From NCBI GenBank assembly GCA_000708835.1, contig DF237019.1:124001-188000 (forward strand): a DNA stretch of 64,000 bases, written 5' to 3'. Below, one piece after another: positions 50,104-62,100 of the stretch. The stretch comes from Klebsormidium nitens (taxonomy: Eukaryota; Plantae; Klebsormidiophyceae). Every line of letters starts with the position of its first letter. Position 1 is the first letter of the stretch. The translations under genes and the position numbers were made by a program. Below the pieces are notes generated by a model, which searched no databases, was not told the origin of the DNA, and worked only from the letters and a program-made list of their open reading frames with translations.

Positions 50104-51395
50104 CCCAAACAATTTCTTTTTCGTCGCGCTTGAAGCGAGTCCAGAATTTTGTCAGAAACTTTCAGCGCTGGACTCATCACGGTGAATTCTTTCCAACGTA
50201 AAGCGCTGAACTCAGCACGGTGAAATTTGGTATTGGCAGCCATCAGAGCAGCCACAAAACATTCCGCTCTTCGTTCGGAAGATGCTTTTTTGATATTTAG
50301 TCCAATGCCGACGCTGCGCAGAACTTTCTGTGAACTTTCTGGACCAGCTCTCAATTGACCTCAAAACCTCGACAGGCTCATGGCTTTTGGCTTTGATGCC
50401 TCACGAATGACCACCTTATTCAGACAGCTTATTATTCATAGGATTGGGATTCATACGAGAGCTCTGCTCATGTTGCCCGCACACTCAATCCACTCATTGG
50501 ACTTCAGATTATGAGCTTTCCGCATTCGTTCGTCAAGAAGAGCTCTTCAAAATGGCGTCATCTGCGCGATCGCCAAAGCTTCAGGGGCGATATTTATTTC
50601 GCTGATCAGCTTCATCTTCGAGACCATCCCGAGGTTGTCAGCTTGACGTTCTGATCGTCGCCCGACTTCGACTTCGAAGATCTCAAAGCTCGGGCACTCA
50701 CGAACCGCTTCGAAGTCGTCGAAACGTCGACTAGCCCATGCAGAAAGATCGACTGAATCAAAGCAGGGTGCTTCAGAATGCTACAGCCAGCTACAGCCTT
50801 CAGAATGTTTTAGAGGCGCTTCCGCTGCGATCAGAGTCAGGAAGTCAGGCTAGATAAGTCTTGCTAGATTGGCGCTGGGGATTCCACAAACCCCTGTGAA
50901 TTCAGATGCGCGCAAGATCCTATTGCAAGGCCGTTCCATGCTGGAGCGCTGATCAGGGTGGTTGTGATCATACTACAGTTCCAATTTTCACCATGATATC
51001 TGGGGTCTCACTTCAAAGTTGCGCAGTGCAGGATGAATTCCTCGACGACTGTGCAGGAGAGCAGGACTAAGGAAACATGAGGAAAGGGCTGCTGAAGAGG
51101 CAGCGTTGACGCGCTTATTTATGCTCGTGCTAGCAGTTGAGCTTTTCGTCTGTTGGCACAAAAGGATGCATAGGAAGGAGGAAAAAGACATGCTTCTCAC
51201 CAACAATCGGCTTGCGGTCGGTTCAGCCAGGCCGATAAAAGCAACGAATGGGAAAGCAAGGAGACTTCCCCATGCAGAGGGTAGATCCTTGGTACCCTGC
51301 TAATGCAATTCGGCTCCATGCATAGCATGGCTTGCAGCAAGAGTTCGCGATTGCTCTGACCCAATCTGATTAAAATCTAAGCAAGAAGAGTGTGC

Positions 51396-54300
51396 ATGAT
51401 GCAGCCAACGATGGATGAAAAGAATGAAGAAGCTCTATCAAAGCAGGTCTCAGAGGCGGTAAACCTGCCTGGCGAATCTTCGAACTGGAAAGGATGGATA
51501 GAGAAGCCTGGAGGCCTCAAAGTAGCAGTGACGGGCCGTTTCCTAGGCAAAGAAGAAGACCGAGCATGGGTATTTCCGCTCAAGCTGGAGTTGAAGTTGG
51601 CAACCGATGCAAATGAGTGAGGAGCCATTTCAGGCTTTCCGCTGCCTTTACCAGAAAGCGGCAGAAGTTGTGTTGGTCACGTCCGCGGAGGTGCGATAAA
51701 AGGGCACGGAAAGGTGTCTAGATGCCAGGATAAGCAAAGCCATCTATACGTCATTGTGGAAGCACGTAAAACTGATAGGTTGCAGAATGAGCAAAGCCCT
51801 CCATACATGATTGTGAGCCACTTTGGAAGCTTCGAAACCCTGGTTGTTTGGCTGAGAATCCTCGGACTTTACAGAAGCTGACAGATTAGTATTGCATCTC
51901 TACCTCATGATTTCCGATGATTTCCCTGTTCTTAGCGAATCACTGCAAGCAGATAACTCGCGAACTTGCTTGTGACGGTTGCAGGGTGCTGAGACAAACT
52001 TTCCGAGAAAGAAACAACGGACCTCTAACGATCTTCAGACCAAGCCTTGAGTCAGAGACCCCCAACTTTCAGAGATTGGTGAGAAACAGTCCGCACTTCT
52101 TCAAATCCTTAAAAATGGTCTCAAGCATTGCACCAAGATCGACGCTAGTAGCACACTGTTGATGCGGATCCCTGCTTTTGATTTCCCGAACGTTTATCCT
52201 CAGTTGCACTCCATCAGCAGATCTGCAAAGAAGGCTCGCTTTAGGTGAGGCGAATCCAGATCTGCCAAAACAATCATTCCAGCCAGTCCTTGCTCAATCT
52301 TCAGAGTCTGCAAGACCATGCTCGAGCCTGTCTCATGTCTCATTAGTTCAGCTTTGCACCTGAACCATACTCCCTTAAATTTGCAGACGCGTCCTCCTCC
52401 GTTCCAAATATCTTCCTATTTGTTCCGTTTCCGTTCCGCGCAGGTGAGCTACATCGAAGCCGCGCACCAGAAGAAACACCTAGACGTTTTGGTCGCCTCT
52501 CTCGGCCCCGCCGTCCTGCCAACCGAAGGCTACAAGCAGCCAGCGCGCGAGGCGACCCTGCACGTGACCTCGCGCGATGTCATTCGCTATCTGATTGGAG
52601 AGGAGAAGTGCTTGGAGCTAGGGGTTCTGGACCGAGAGGAAGATGACGACACCCCCGAGATGTACGGCTTCGTTTTGCTGAACCAGGAAAAGGGAGCTGT
52701 CAAGAGGAAACGTGAGACCAATCGCTCGCTGATATGTTGAACAGGTCGAGCTTGCGAGAAGGTGGTAGAGACCTCTTTGTGCGATTGTCTGAGAAGGACA
52801 AGTGGATCTACCGAAAGAACGGAATCTGTTGGTCCTCTTTGCAGCGTTTGGAATAGGGCTTTTTGTGCGCAGGTTGCCTTTCTAAGCAGAATCTGCTTGG
52901 AAACACGTTTCGGAAACAGCTTCGATGGCCTTCCTCATTGGAACTCAGCCTTGATTGAGGGCACTTTTTCATGCATTTTCGCTCAGAACAGACAAACGCC
53001 AGAAACAGTGTGCACCACCCTTTGTCCTGCAGATACCTTTCTCCTAGATTGAGTGTTCTGTTTCACTCCAACGTACAGGCTTTTCGTGTTGAACGCCCAG
53101 CCACGAACGAAAGAAGTAGAAAGAAGCTCTGCGGCTCCGGTCTTTGCTGTTTGCGGCTGTATGCGGTTCGGGGTCTGCCTAATTTGATACTCTGCTTTTT
53201 CTGTTCAGGAGAACTTTTTCGCGGGTCATCTGACTCAGCGACAGCAGTTCAGCTGACCAAATTCATATCGCGAACTGAGCGCTGGCTATTTCCTCAGGCA
53301 CCCACCCGACCCTCGCTGAGATGGCGACCGCCCTCGAGGCCAGCAAGTACGATTCGGTCGCCAACAAGAAGCGGTGCGAAGACGTGGCCAATACCGCGGA
53401 GCGGATAATGCGCGAGTACCAGACCGATGTCTCAGAATACAATCGCCTCGCCAAGAAGATCAACGAGTCAGTCATCGCTCAATTCGCAGAGAGGTCAGTC
53501 CGTCTCAAAGCAGCTTTGCAGAGCGGATTTCCGTTCGCTCCGTTGTCGATCAACGGACCGCCGCTGCGGGACCAGGGCGACGAGTTCCGGCGGACCCGCA
53601 CGCTGTCACCGGAGCCGGACTTCCGGCGAGGCCGCACGCTGTCGCCGGAGCGTGCGGCCGGCTTTGACGTGCGCGCGGAAGTCGCGCGCGCGCCGCCACC
53701 ACGCGACGCGCGCCCGCGCTTTCGCTCCGCGAGCCCGGTCGCCGCGCCCGTGCGCCGCCCGCCGCCCGGCAGCGCGGAGGAGCGCATCTGCACGCTGTGG
53801 GTCGGTAACATCTCCCGGCACATGAGCAGCGAAGATGACGTGGCAAGGTTCTGCCGGTTCCTGGGCCTGGCGGTCGCTGACGTCAAACTCCTGAAGAAAC
53901 GGCCGGGCGAGATTGACGACGGTACGAGCGCGGGGTTTGTGACGCTCGAGAGCGCGGACGCTGTGTTCGACGCTCTGACGCTGTTTGCGCGCGAGCGCGA
54001 GCGGTTCCGCGGGATGCTGATCCGGCCACGGATTCCGGAGGCGTTCACGGCGCGCGGGTGGGTGCCCGGGCCGGGGCAGTTTGCGCACTCGAACCGGAGC
54101 GTGGCGGATGGGTTCCGGCTGGAAAACGGACAGAACTCGACCGGTAAAAAAGAAGGCGAGACGAAGGGGAAAGTTCAATTTGCCATGGACAAGAAGGAGG
54201 AGAGTGCGAACGGACGGACCGCGGCAATATTGCAACCGAAGGAAGGCGCGAAGGAGAGGACGTCGAAAGGAATACTCAAGAAGAAACAGGAGCGGCCGGT

Positions 54301-54946
54301 GTCAGAGGATAGCGACGGTAAAGAGAACGTGCCAAAGACGAAGCGGTCAGTGAGCGGAAACGGAAGCGAGCGGAATGAGGGCGAGACGCGGAAGCGGAAG
54401 GAGCGCCCCGACGATTTTCCAGAGAAGGAACGGGCTCCGTTCAAGAAGCTGCGTCCGGCCAGCCGGAGTCCGGACAAGAAGAGCGGAACGAAGACGCCGC
54501 CAAAGAAGCTCAAGCGGACGGAAAAGCCCCTCACAGTGAAAGATGTTCAAGCGGATGTGCAGCGCAAGCTGGCAGACAATGATTTTATGCGCGAGTGGAT
54601 TCCGAGGTCGAAGGAAGACGCGCGATTCGCGGAGTATGTCGTTTGGATCGGTGGGGATGGGGTCCAGGATTGGGAAAGCGAGGCGGCCGCGGTGAAATTC
54701 TTCGGGCGGCTGCCGCGCGCGGGGGGGGAGCGCGGGTTTGCGGTTGCCATGGCGCTTTGTCTGGGAGGGAAAGTGCTACCTTCGGGTACGCGGACGAAGA
54801 AGAGCTTTCTGGTGGAGATGCGCTCGCGGCGGGAACGGAAAGAAGTGCTGCAATTGAACGAGGACAAGCACCATCTGTTTGTGGGGATGTCGATGAAGGC
54901 GCACCAAGCGGGAAAGAAGGTCGTGCAGATCAATACCAAAACGTAG
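51396..54946 (+). CDS. Putative nuclear RNA-binding protein: SPOC-like N-terminus, RRM, basic disordered linker, degenerate second RRM
   Basis: Segments at about 51396-51617 (WKGWIEKPGGLKVAVTG...FPLKLEL), 52444-52710 (VSYIE...LDVLVASL...DVIRYLIGEEKCLELG) and 53298-54946. RRM reads TLWVGNIS...AGFVTLESADAVFDAL. The phase between the first two segments does not match, so a small exon is probably missed. Confidence 0.6.
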
Positions 54947-56186
54947 GTTTACGTGGTGGTGCATCCAGCGCTAGTCTCTTAGCCAGTCAATCTTTCCTTT
55001 TTCAGCTCGCATAGACGCTGAAAGGCTCGCAATCTGTTCAAATCATGGCCGCCACGTTAAAGGAAAGCTTTCAAGCCCAGCGTCTAAGAGACACTGAGGG
55101 TTTGCTCAGCGATAGTAATTCATTTTATTCATGCATCTCGGCGTCTCGGCGTCGATCCTTGGAAAGCTAGATATACATTTTAAAGAATCCGCGGAACGCT
55201 CGATCTCGGCCGTCTGCACAATCGTCCAACAGTAACATGCATGCATTTTATGGCAGACAGGAAGCTAGGTAACTATCTGGACTGCATTCAGCGGGTTCAA
55301 TTGCTAATAAGTACGTACGTATATGTGAAAGTGTGCTGCGTGCATGAGATTGCCAGAATCGAGCAATATAATGGATCTTATCTTATGCACCAAAAATGCA
55401 TCGCTATTTGGCCTGGAGCACGGGGCAGCCGCCTTAATCAGTATCAGACGTTTAAACGTATACCGTACTAAGATGAACTTAATTATACCAATACGCAATT
55501 CCGATTGAACCTTCCGTGTTAAGCAGCTTGAAGACGCGTCACTTATTCTTAAGTAGATCGTCGATCACGGTACTTCATATGCATAAAGTGCACGTGATCG
55601 GATGCGTGGAACTGCAACTTAGTCTAGGCGGGCCCAAATAATCACATGCAGTGACCAATTGGAACGGTGCGCTAGAGTTGCTATGAACATTTATGCGCGA
55701 GTTGGGCACCTAGCTTTGTACATGTGCGCGCAGCCTCCCTCATGGGAATGATGCCACACAGTGACTCAAAGGGCACACACACATCTTAATAAATGAGTCA
55801 CTGGCTGAATGAAGTTGCCAGCTGACTATGCAACTAGGATAGTGCTCAAATAAACGATTCAAAAAGCACTCACAGGGACGCACGCGAATTGAAAAGCGGG
55901 GCTAGCAACGTGGTCCCTGGAACGATGAAAATATTCAAATTGTTTGGGCAAATGGATACGACTGCAGTAGTACCTTTCTGCATGCACCTGTATTCGTAAA
56001 TGTTTGAAAGTCGCCACGATTGAAACGTGAGTAAACCATACCTGACGTCTCGACTGCTGAGCCCGTTCCCCTGAATCTGCTCAAGACGCCTGAAGTAACC
56101 AATATTACAGCACGTTTGGCGTCAAACACAGCGCCCGAGTGCCACTTAATGTACAATTACGCTAGGGTCCTACACAGACTGCGCGC

Positions 56187-59100
56187 TCAGGCCTTCTCAT
56201 CAGCCGAGGGATACAAGGTTGGACCCCGGATGATCGGCCTGTCAAATTTGATGCGGAATTGGAGGGACACGCGCTTTTCGCACGTGATGCCCCCAGTCGT
56301 CAGGTCCACCTTGACAGGGATTTCCCTCGTCCTCGTCTGCAGAGGGGCAGGAGGTTCTCATAATTCGTACACGAACACTTCCTTTCAGTTTTTGCGACGA
56401 GGTCCCCAATGTATTGATCACTTACGTGGCTTCAGAAGCAAAAGGTCAGCCCTGATCCAGAACCAAAAATACAAGGGGCTCACGCTAACTCAAGCAGGGG
56501 ACAAAGGAGATTGATCGAGAGACATCGAACAGCCTGCCTGCATCCTCTCTCATTTCCAAAAAAGGTTCCGTCCCATAGCGATATCTTTGGATAGGATGAA
56601 GGGACATTTGAGCACTTACTCTTGAGTCGACAAGAAGTTGCTTACAAGCTACTGCAATGACAGAATCACAGCTTGACAACCTTCTTTCGATGAGGATCCT
56701 CCCAATCGTGTCCCTTCTACAACAGCCCATGCCCCCATCAAAATCTCACGCTCTGAAGAGCACTCTACTTCTGAAAGTTGGTCGATAAAGGCAACAAGCC
56801 CAGAGAATTAACTTCGCTCGACCAAGACGACACATGGGCGGATGACGTCACTCGCCTGCCACGTTACGTAGTAGCCGCGCTCCGACAGGACGTCCGCGAG
56901 CATTTCGGACGCCTCGGGGTGCTGGAAGAAGAGCGGACGCTCCGTGTTGTACAGGGCCACCCCCGCGAGCGCACATTTGCGCACGATCGGAATCACCTCG
57001 TGCTCAATAATGTCAATCACCTGTGGGCGCAGTAAACTGGATGTTTAAGAGGCGGTTAAGCCGAAACGAGGTCTGTGCTTCGAAAAAAGTCCTCGGGCTT
57101 GAGGATGTGATCGACGGCGCATAAAGCGAGTCATCTCTGCTCGATATTGCGGATTATCTGCAAGCGCAGTAGATTATTGGAGACTTTGAATGAAACTCTG
57201 AGCGGAGGCGGATTATTGAGTGAAACTTTGTGCCGAGACGGATTTCATATGCTGAAGAAAGCTCACGGGCTTGACCAACCGAAGCGTCTTCAAAAGCAGG
57301 GAAGTTGCTTGGTGTAGGAGGTGGGGTTTGCTGAGTAAGTGCTTGAACCAGTGCAAAGCCTTTGCATTCAAAGAACAGGACAGCGAATGATATCTCCAAG
57401 TCGTGCTTCGTGGGCATTGAGGCGCAAGGCCATTTCCTGGCGCGTCTCCTTCTAAAGGTCCAAACTAATAGGCCCCATATTCAACCAGAAAGAAACTGAG
57501 GACCCTAAAACCCGGGTACCCTAGCTGACCCACCTTTTTGAATGTCTCCAGGTCATGCTTCATGTAGGCGTCGAGCCGCGTGACCATGTTTTGCAATTCT
57601 CGCCTCAACAGGTTCTGACCACCGGATCCTGGAATTGAATTTGAAGTAGAAGAGTATGCAGCTCCTCAAAGAGATTTTCAAAAAAAGGCTGGAATACCCA
57701 CCTTTTTGAATGTCTCCAGGTCGTGCTTCATGTAGGCGTCGAGGCGCGTGACCATGTTCTGGCGCGCCTGCTTCACCAGGTTCTTGGCCAGCGGCAGGTG
57801 GCAGATCGCGCGGAACGTGTCCTCGCCCAGCTCCAGCCCGCTCTGGTACTGCAGCTCCTCCGCGATCTGTGTCAAAAGATAACCCAGGGTTAACTCGACG
57901 GTACAGTGAGCGCCAGAGTAGAGCCTGGTAATGTTTCTTATCCGAGATATATGGAAAGCGGAAGCCTGCTTTCGCTTTCTGGTACTGCAGCTCCTCCGTG
58001 ATCTGCAGCTTTCAAAAAGAATTTGAAACGGGTTTTGGGTCGCTTTTCGTTAGCGCCGAACGCGCTTCTTGTCAATTTTCTATTGTGCATACTAAAAAGC
58101 AGACCCAAGACTTCACATGGGCACAGTTTTCGAGTTCTTGCTATATACTATTTTGATAAACTATAATCTGTAGTATTCACTAGTCTTCTCTAAGTACTGC
58201 AGTTCCTCCGCCATCTGAGTCCCACGTTCTTGGATGTGGCAGAAGATCAGTTTCGATGAGCCCAAGACTGGTGCTTCTTATAGGCTCTGCAATTGAATGT
58301 ACACGAAGCGCAGAACTTGCGGAGCGAAAGAGAGCGGAAATCACGACGGACCGGAACGGAAGAAGGACCAGAACACGTGTTCCCGGCATTGCGTAAGCGA
58401 CCCAAAGCGGCGGCTATCTTCTCTTCGTCGCGTTCAAAGGAGGTCTCCACAAGAAATCTTAGAAAGGATGGAAAGAAAGAAACTCAAGAAAAAAAATACT
58501 GACTGAAAGGCAAAGAATGACCAGCTAACCTGTTCCCGCCAATGCAGAAGCGGCACAGCGTCGGCTAACTTTTCTTCACTCCGACAGAAGACGTTTTTCT
58601 TCGAGAATGCATACAACATGTTGGAAGGAAGAATCTAGCAAGGAAACAGAACCGAAAGTGGCACGGACCAAAACGAACTGAAGGATACGCCCACCTGTTC
58701 CTGGCACTGCGCGAGCGTCTCTCGTTTTGTTTCAGGACGGGAAATACTCAAAGAGACTTCCAAAAGGCACCTTTAGAAAAGGAAGCCGAACCGGAAGCCA
58801 CACGGAACGAAAGGGAAAGAAGGAGCAGCCCACATTTTCTCGTCAATGCGCGAGCCGCCTCAAGCGTCGTTCACCTTTTCTTCATTGTGTGAGGTACAGG
58901 CTTCCGCAGGAATTCGTACAAGGAGCACGAACAAATAATATGACAAGGAAAGCGGAGCCGAAACTGACACGGACCGGAATGGACAGAGGGATCAGCCCAC
59001 CTGTTCCCGGCACTGCGCGAGTGTGCCCATGGCGTCGATGAGGTGAAATGGGAAGAAGCTCTTGAGCCGCAGCAGCGTATCGTAGTGCTCGCGGAAGATC

Positions 59101-62100
59101 TGGTAACGCCGCCGCGCCGCCCTCTCACTGGAAACGAATCACGGTCAGAGATTGAGGGCTTCAATGATTCGTGGCATCAAGAATGGTCCGTCTGAGGGCA
59201 TCTACGAGTCCCTGGCTTGACGACTGGTCCGTCCGACCAGATGCTTATACTCTCCAGCGAGCAAATCGGGATTCGACTTCAACGATCTGTTTCAAGTGCA
59301 GGAACGCATATCGCAAGGCTCTTCTCCTCTTCCAGAAGCGGCTACTTGTCAGTTCCCCTCTCCACAACGACTACGAATCCCACCAATGCGACTCTCATAT
59401 GAGAAGCCTTTGAAAACTCTGCAAGGCTCCGAAACCTGAAAACTTACTCGAGGTCCGTTTCCCGCACTTCCGCCAGATCCCCTAACCCGCTCTCCTTGAC
59501 CCGCTGGTTGTGCGCCAGCGCGGCGCGCCCCCGGTGCAGTTGCCGCCGCACGCTCTCCTCTTCCTCGACGTAGAGAACGGCGATCCGGAAGATTGGCCGC
59601 GGGAAGTGGTGCTCCTGGCCGGTGCTCATGTGCTGGTAGTGAAGGTCCGCCAACTTGTCGTGCAGCAATTTCACGAAGTCGACCTGCATCAGTGTTCGTG
59701 GCGTTTGATTTGCGAAACGCGCCTGCATTGATTCCGGGTACGCAGGGTGCCACTGACTGACGGAATCAGCGACAAATGCTGTTTGTGTATCCAGTTTCAA
59801 GCTTTTCGGGCACTCCCACTGTATCACCGGTGGTTCAGATTTAACGGTCCTCTGTCTTCAGTCGCGTCTAGGTGATTATGCTTCCGAATCGAAGAAAGAA
59901 CCCCAGATTTATGGGCGCTGGATCTCGGTGGCGCGGATATGCGCAGGCTGCGCCAATCCTACAGAGTTGTCGAATTTCTCAAGCTTCGCAATGATGACTG
60001 ACCTGCATCGTGGTGCGCGGAAAGCCGTCCACGACGACGCCGGCAATGATCTCGTCCTCGTCCGGGATCTGTACGGATGAAAGGTCCAGTTTGACTTTCA
60101 AACTCCCGTGAACAGGCAGCATTGGGGATCGCAATTTGGGGCAGGGTGGTGAGACCTCTCACCAAGTCGGAAAGATTACTTGTTGTGTATGCTCGCGATA
60201 CTTCAGGATCTGCGGGGCGTAGATTCAGGGGTTGAGATTTCGCTTTTGACATATCGAGCAAACGGTCTTGGATTTCAGGCTCTTCGCTTTATGGTAATCA
60301 GTCGCAGTTGGTTTCCGGAATGCGCTACTCTCCCATTGTCAGCAATGAATGTAAGAGTGGGCACGGGAGTACGTCCCTAAAGACGCTCGCAGGACTCTTG
60401 CGTCCTTCGGAAGCTGCAGGATGTGCGGTTTTTGCCTAAACTCAGATCGAAATAGACTTTAGGGTTTCGGTCACATGAGACCTTAGACATTGAAAGAGAG
60501 ATGAGACAGACAGACTACGTTTCACCACAAATGACTGCACATGAAATGATGGAAGTTTTTAACCATGAGAAAGCCCGCAGCTTCTCTCCGTGCATAGGTC
60601 CAAGTTGAGAGTCTGGAGTGAAAGTCAAGTTACTTGGCCTGTAGGGGGCGTTGGATTGAGCAACGGGACAGCGACGGTTTTCTTTTTTTTGGAACGGCAT
60701 CGTTGTGACATCCGATATCTGCGAAAGTTCTATCAAACGAAACGGTTGAGACTTGAAAGATTGGAATCTGCGTCCAGCATCGACGCCTGGCGCTCGTTGA
60801 CTCCCCTCCTTTCATGAAGTTCTCCTCTCTGGGTGAGTACAAATTCAAAAGAACTGCTTGAAGCGTCTGAAACAAATCGCATGTCCGTAAACCACAGAAG
60901 GACAAACGTCGCCACTCACGCTGTCCCCTTCCTCATCCAGCGAGTCCACGAAGCCAATTTTCAGAATGCCCTCCAGAACCAACTCCGGCACATGGGAGTC
61001 GGTCAGCAACGCCCTTTACTCACCTATCTTCACCTCTCTTGGTGAGTACGATCCAAAGTATGAAGCCAACACCCTTCACCCTGGACTCCTGAGACCAGAA
61101 AACAACAAGAGTCGAGACTCACTTCATCGCCCTCCTCGTCCGGCGAGTCCACGAACCCCATCCTCAGAATGCCTTCAAGCACCAGCTCGAGCACGTGCGA
61201 GTCGCTCAGCAACGCCCCGCTCTTCATGATCTCCTGCGCCGCCTGATCGTCCTGCAGCAGGTTACTTATGCTGATCGCCTTTGTTGGGAAGCCCCGGGTC
61301 TGGAGAATGAACGGGGTGTTGGCGCCCTTGCCGGAGCCGGGAGCGCCGTTGAGCCAGACAATCTCCTTGGGGATGTTCAGGCTCTCGATGCCCCCCATCT
61401 TGATCACGACCTGGTTCCAGACGCGGTTGAACAGCTTGGTGGCTTCAATTGATACCTGCAAAGAAGGGGATAGCCATTCTTACGTAAGCACAGTGCCGGG
61501 GAGTGGCAGGATACACAAGTTTAGGATTCTAACGATGGTGTCCTCGTTGAGGACTGACAGTGAATGACATAGGGGTTGCTAGGCGATTGAAGGTTGGGCC
61601 AGCTTGACAGTTTTCAAAGACGTGTATTTAAGCGGGTGTTTGGCTGGAAATGTCATGGGTGAAACTCCTTGGTTGAAAGCCAATTGAGGGCTTCAAGATA
61701 GTACATCCAGACTTGGAGCTCCAAAGAGCACGAAAGAAGGCCCTTGTCTCTGACGTACCTGACGTTGAACAAGGTGGAACTCGAATAAAAGGAGGAGAAA
61801 AGATCGATCAAACAAACCAAAAGCTTGAAGAGGGGAAGGAATAGTGGTCAATGATTTGATTGCCTGCTCTTAAAGAACGATTGGCCCTTTCAGGCTTCCG
61901 GGAAGGTACTATCGAGTATCAGAGGCTGGAGTGCAGTGGCTAAGTTTGGCAAGAGCTGGAGAATGTATGCGCTAAACTTGTGAGCTACAAGTTAAATGCA
62001 ACATCCTGAATGTGAAACCCCCACTGTCAGATGAGCTTGCTATTCTGAGCTCTTGGTTCACACGAAGACACAAAGTTGTGAACTTTAAGTTTGTGGCTTA

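Noticed and set aside
50669-50718. 11-bp inverted repeat cgacttcgaag/cttcgaagtcg
   Set aside because: Short, built from a self-complementary ttcgaa motif that is common locally; no TSD or RNA-gene features.
53374-55014. Multiple overlapping Arg/Ala-rich ORFs
   Set aside because: Shadow frames of the GC-rich SPOC/RRM exon.
55020-56150. Short ORFs in the intergenic region between convergent genes
   Set aside because: No motifs, alternative starts only, composition like non-coding DNA.
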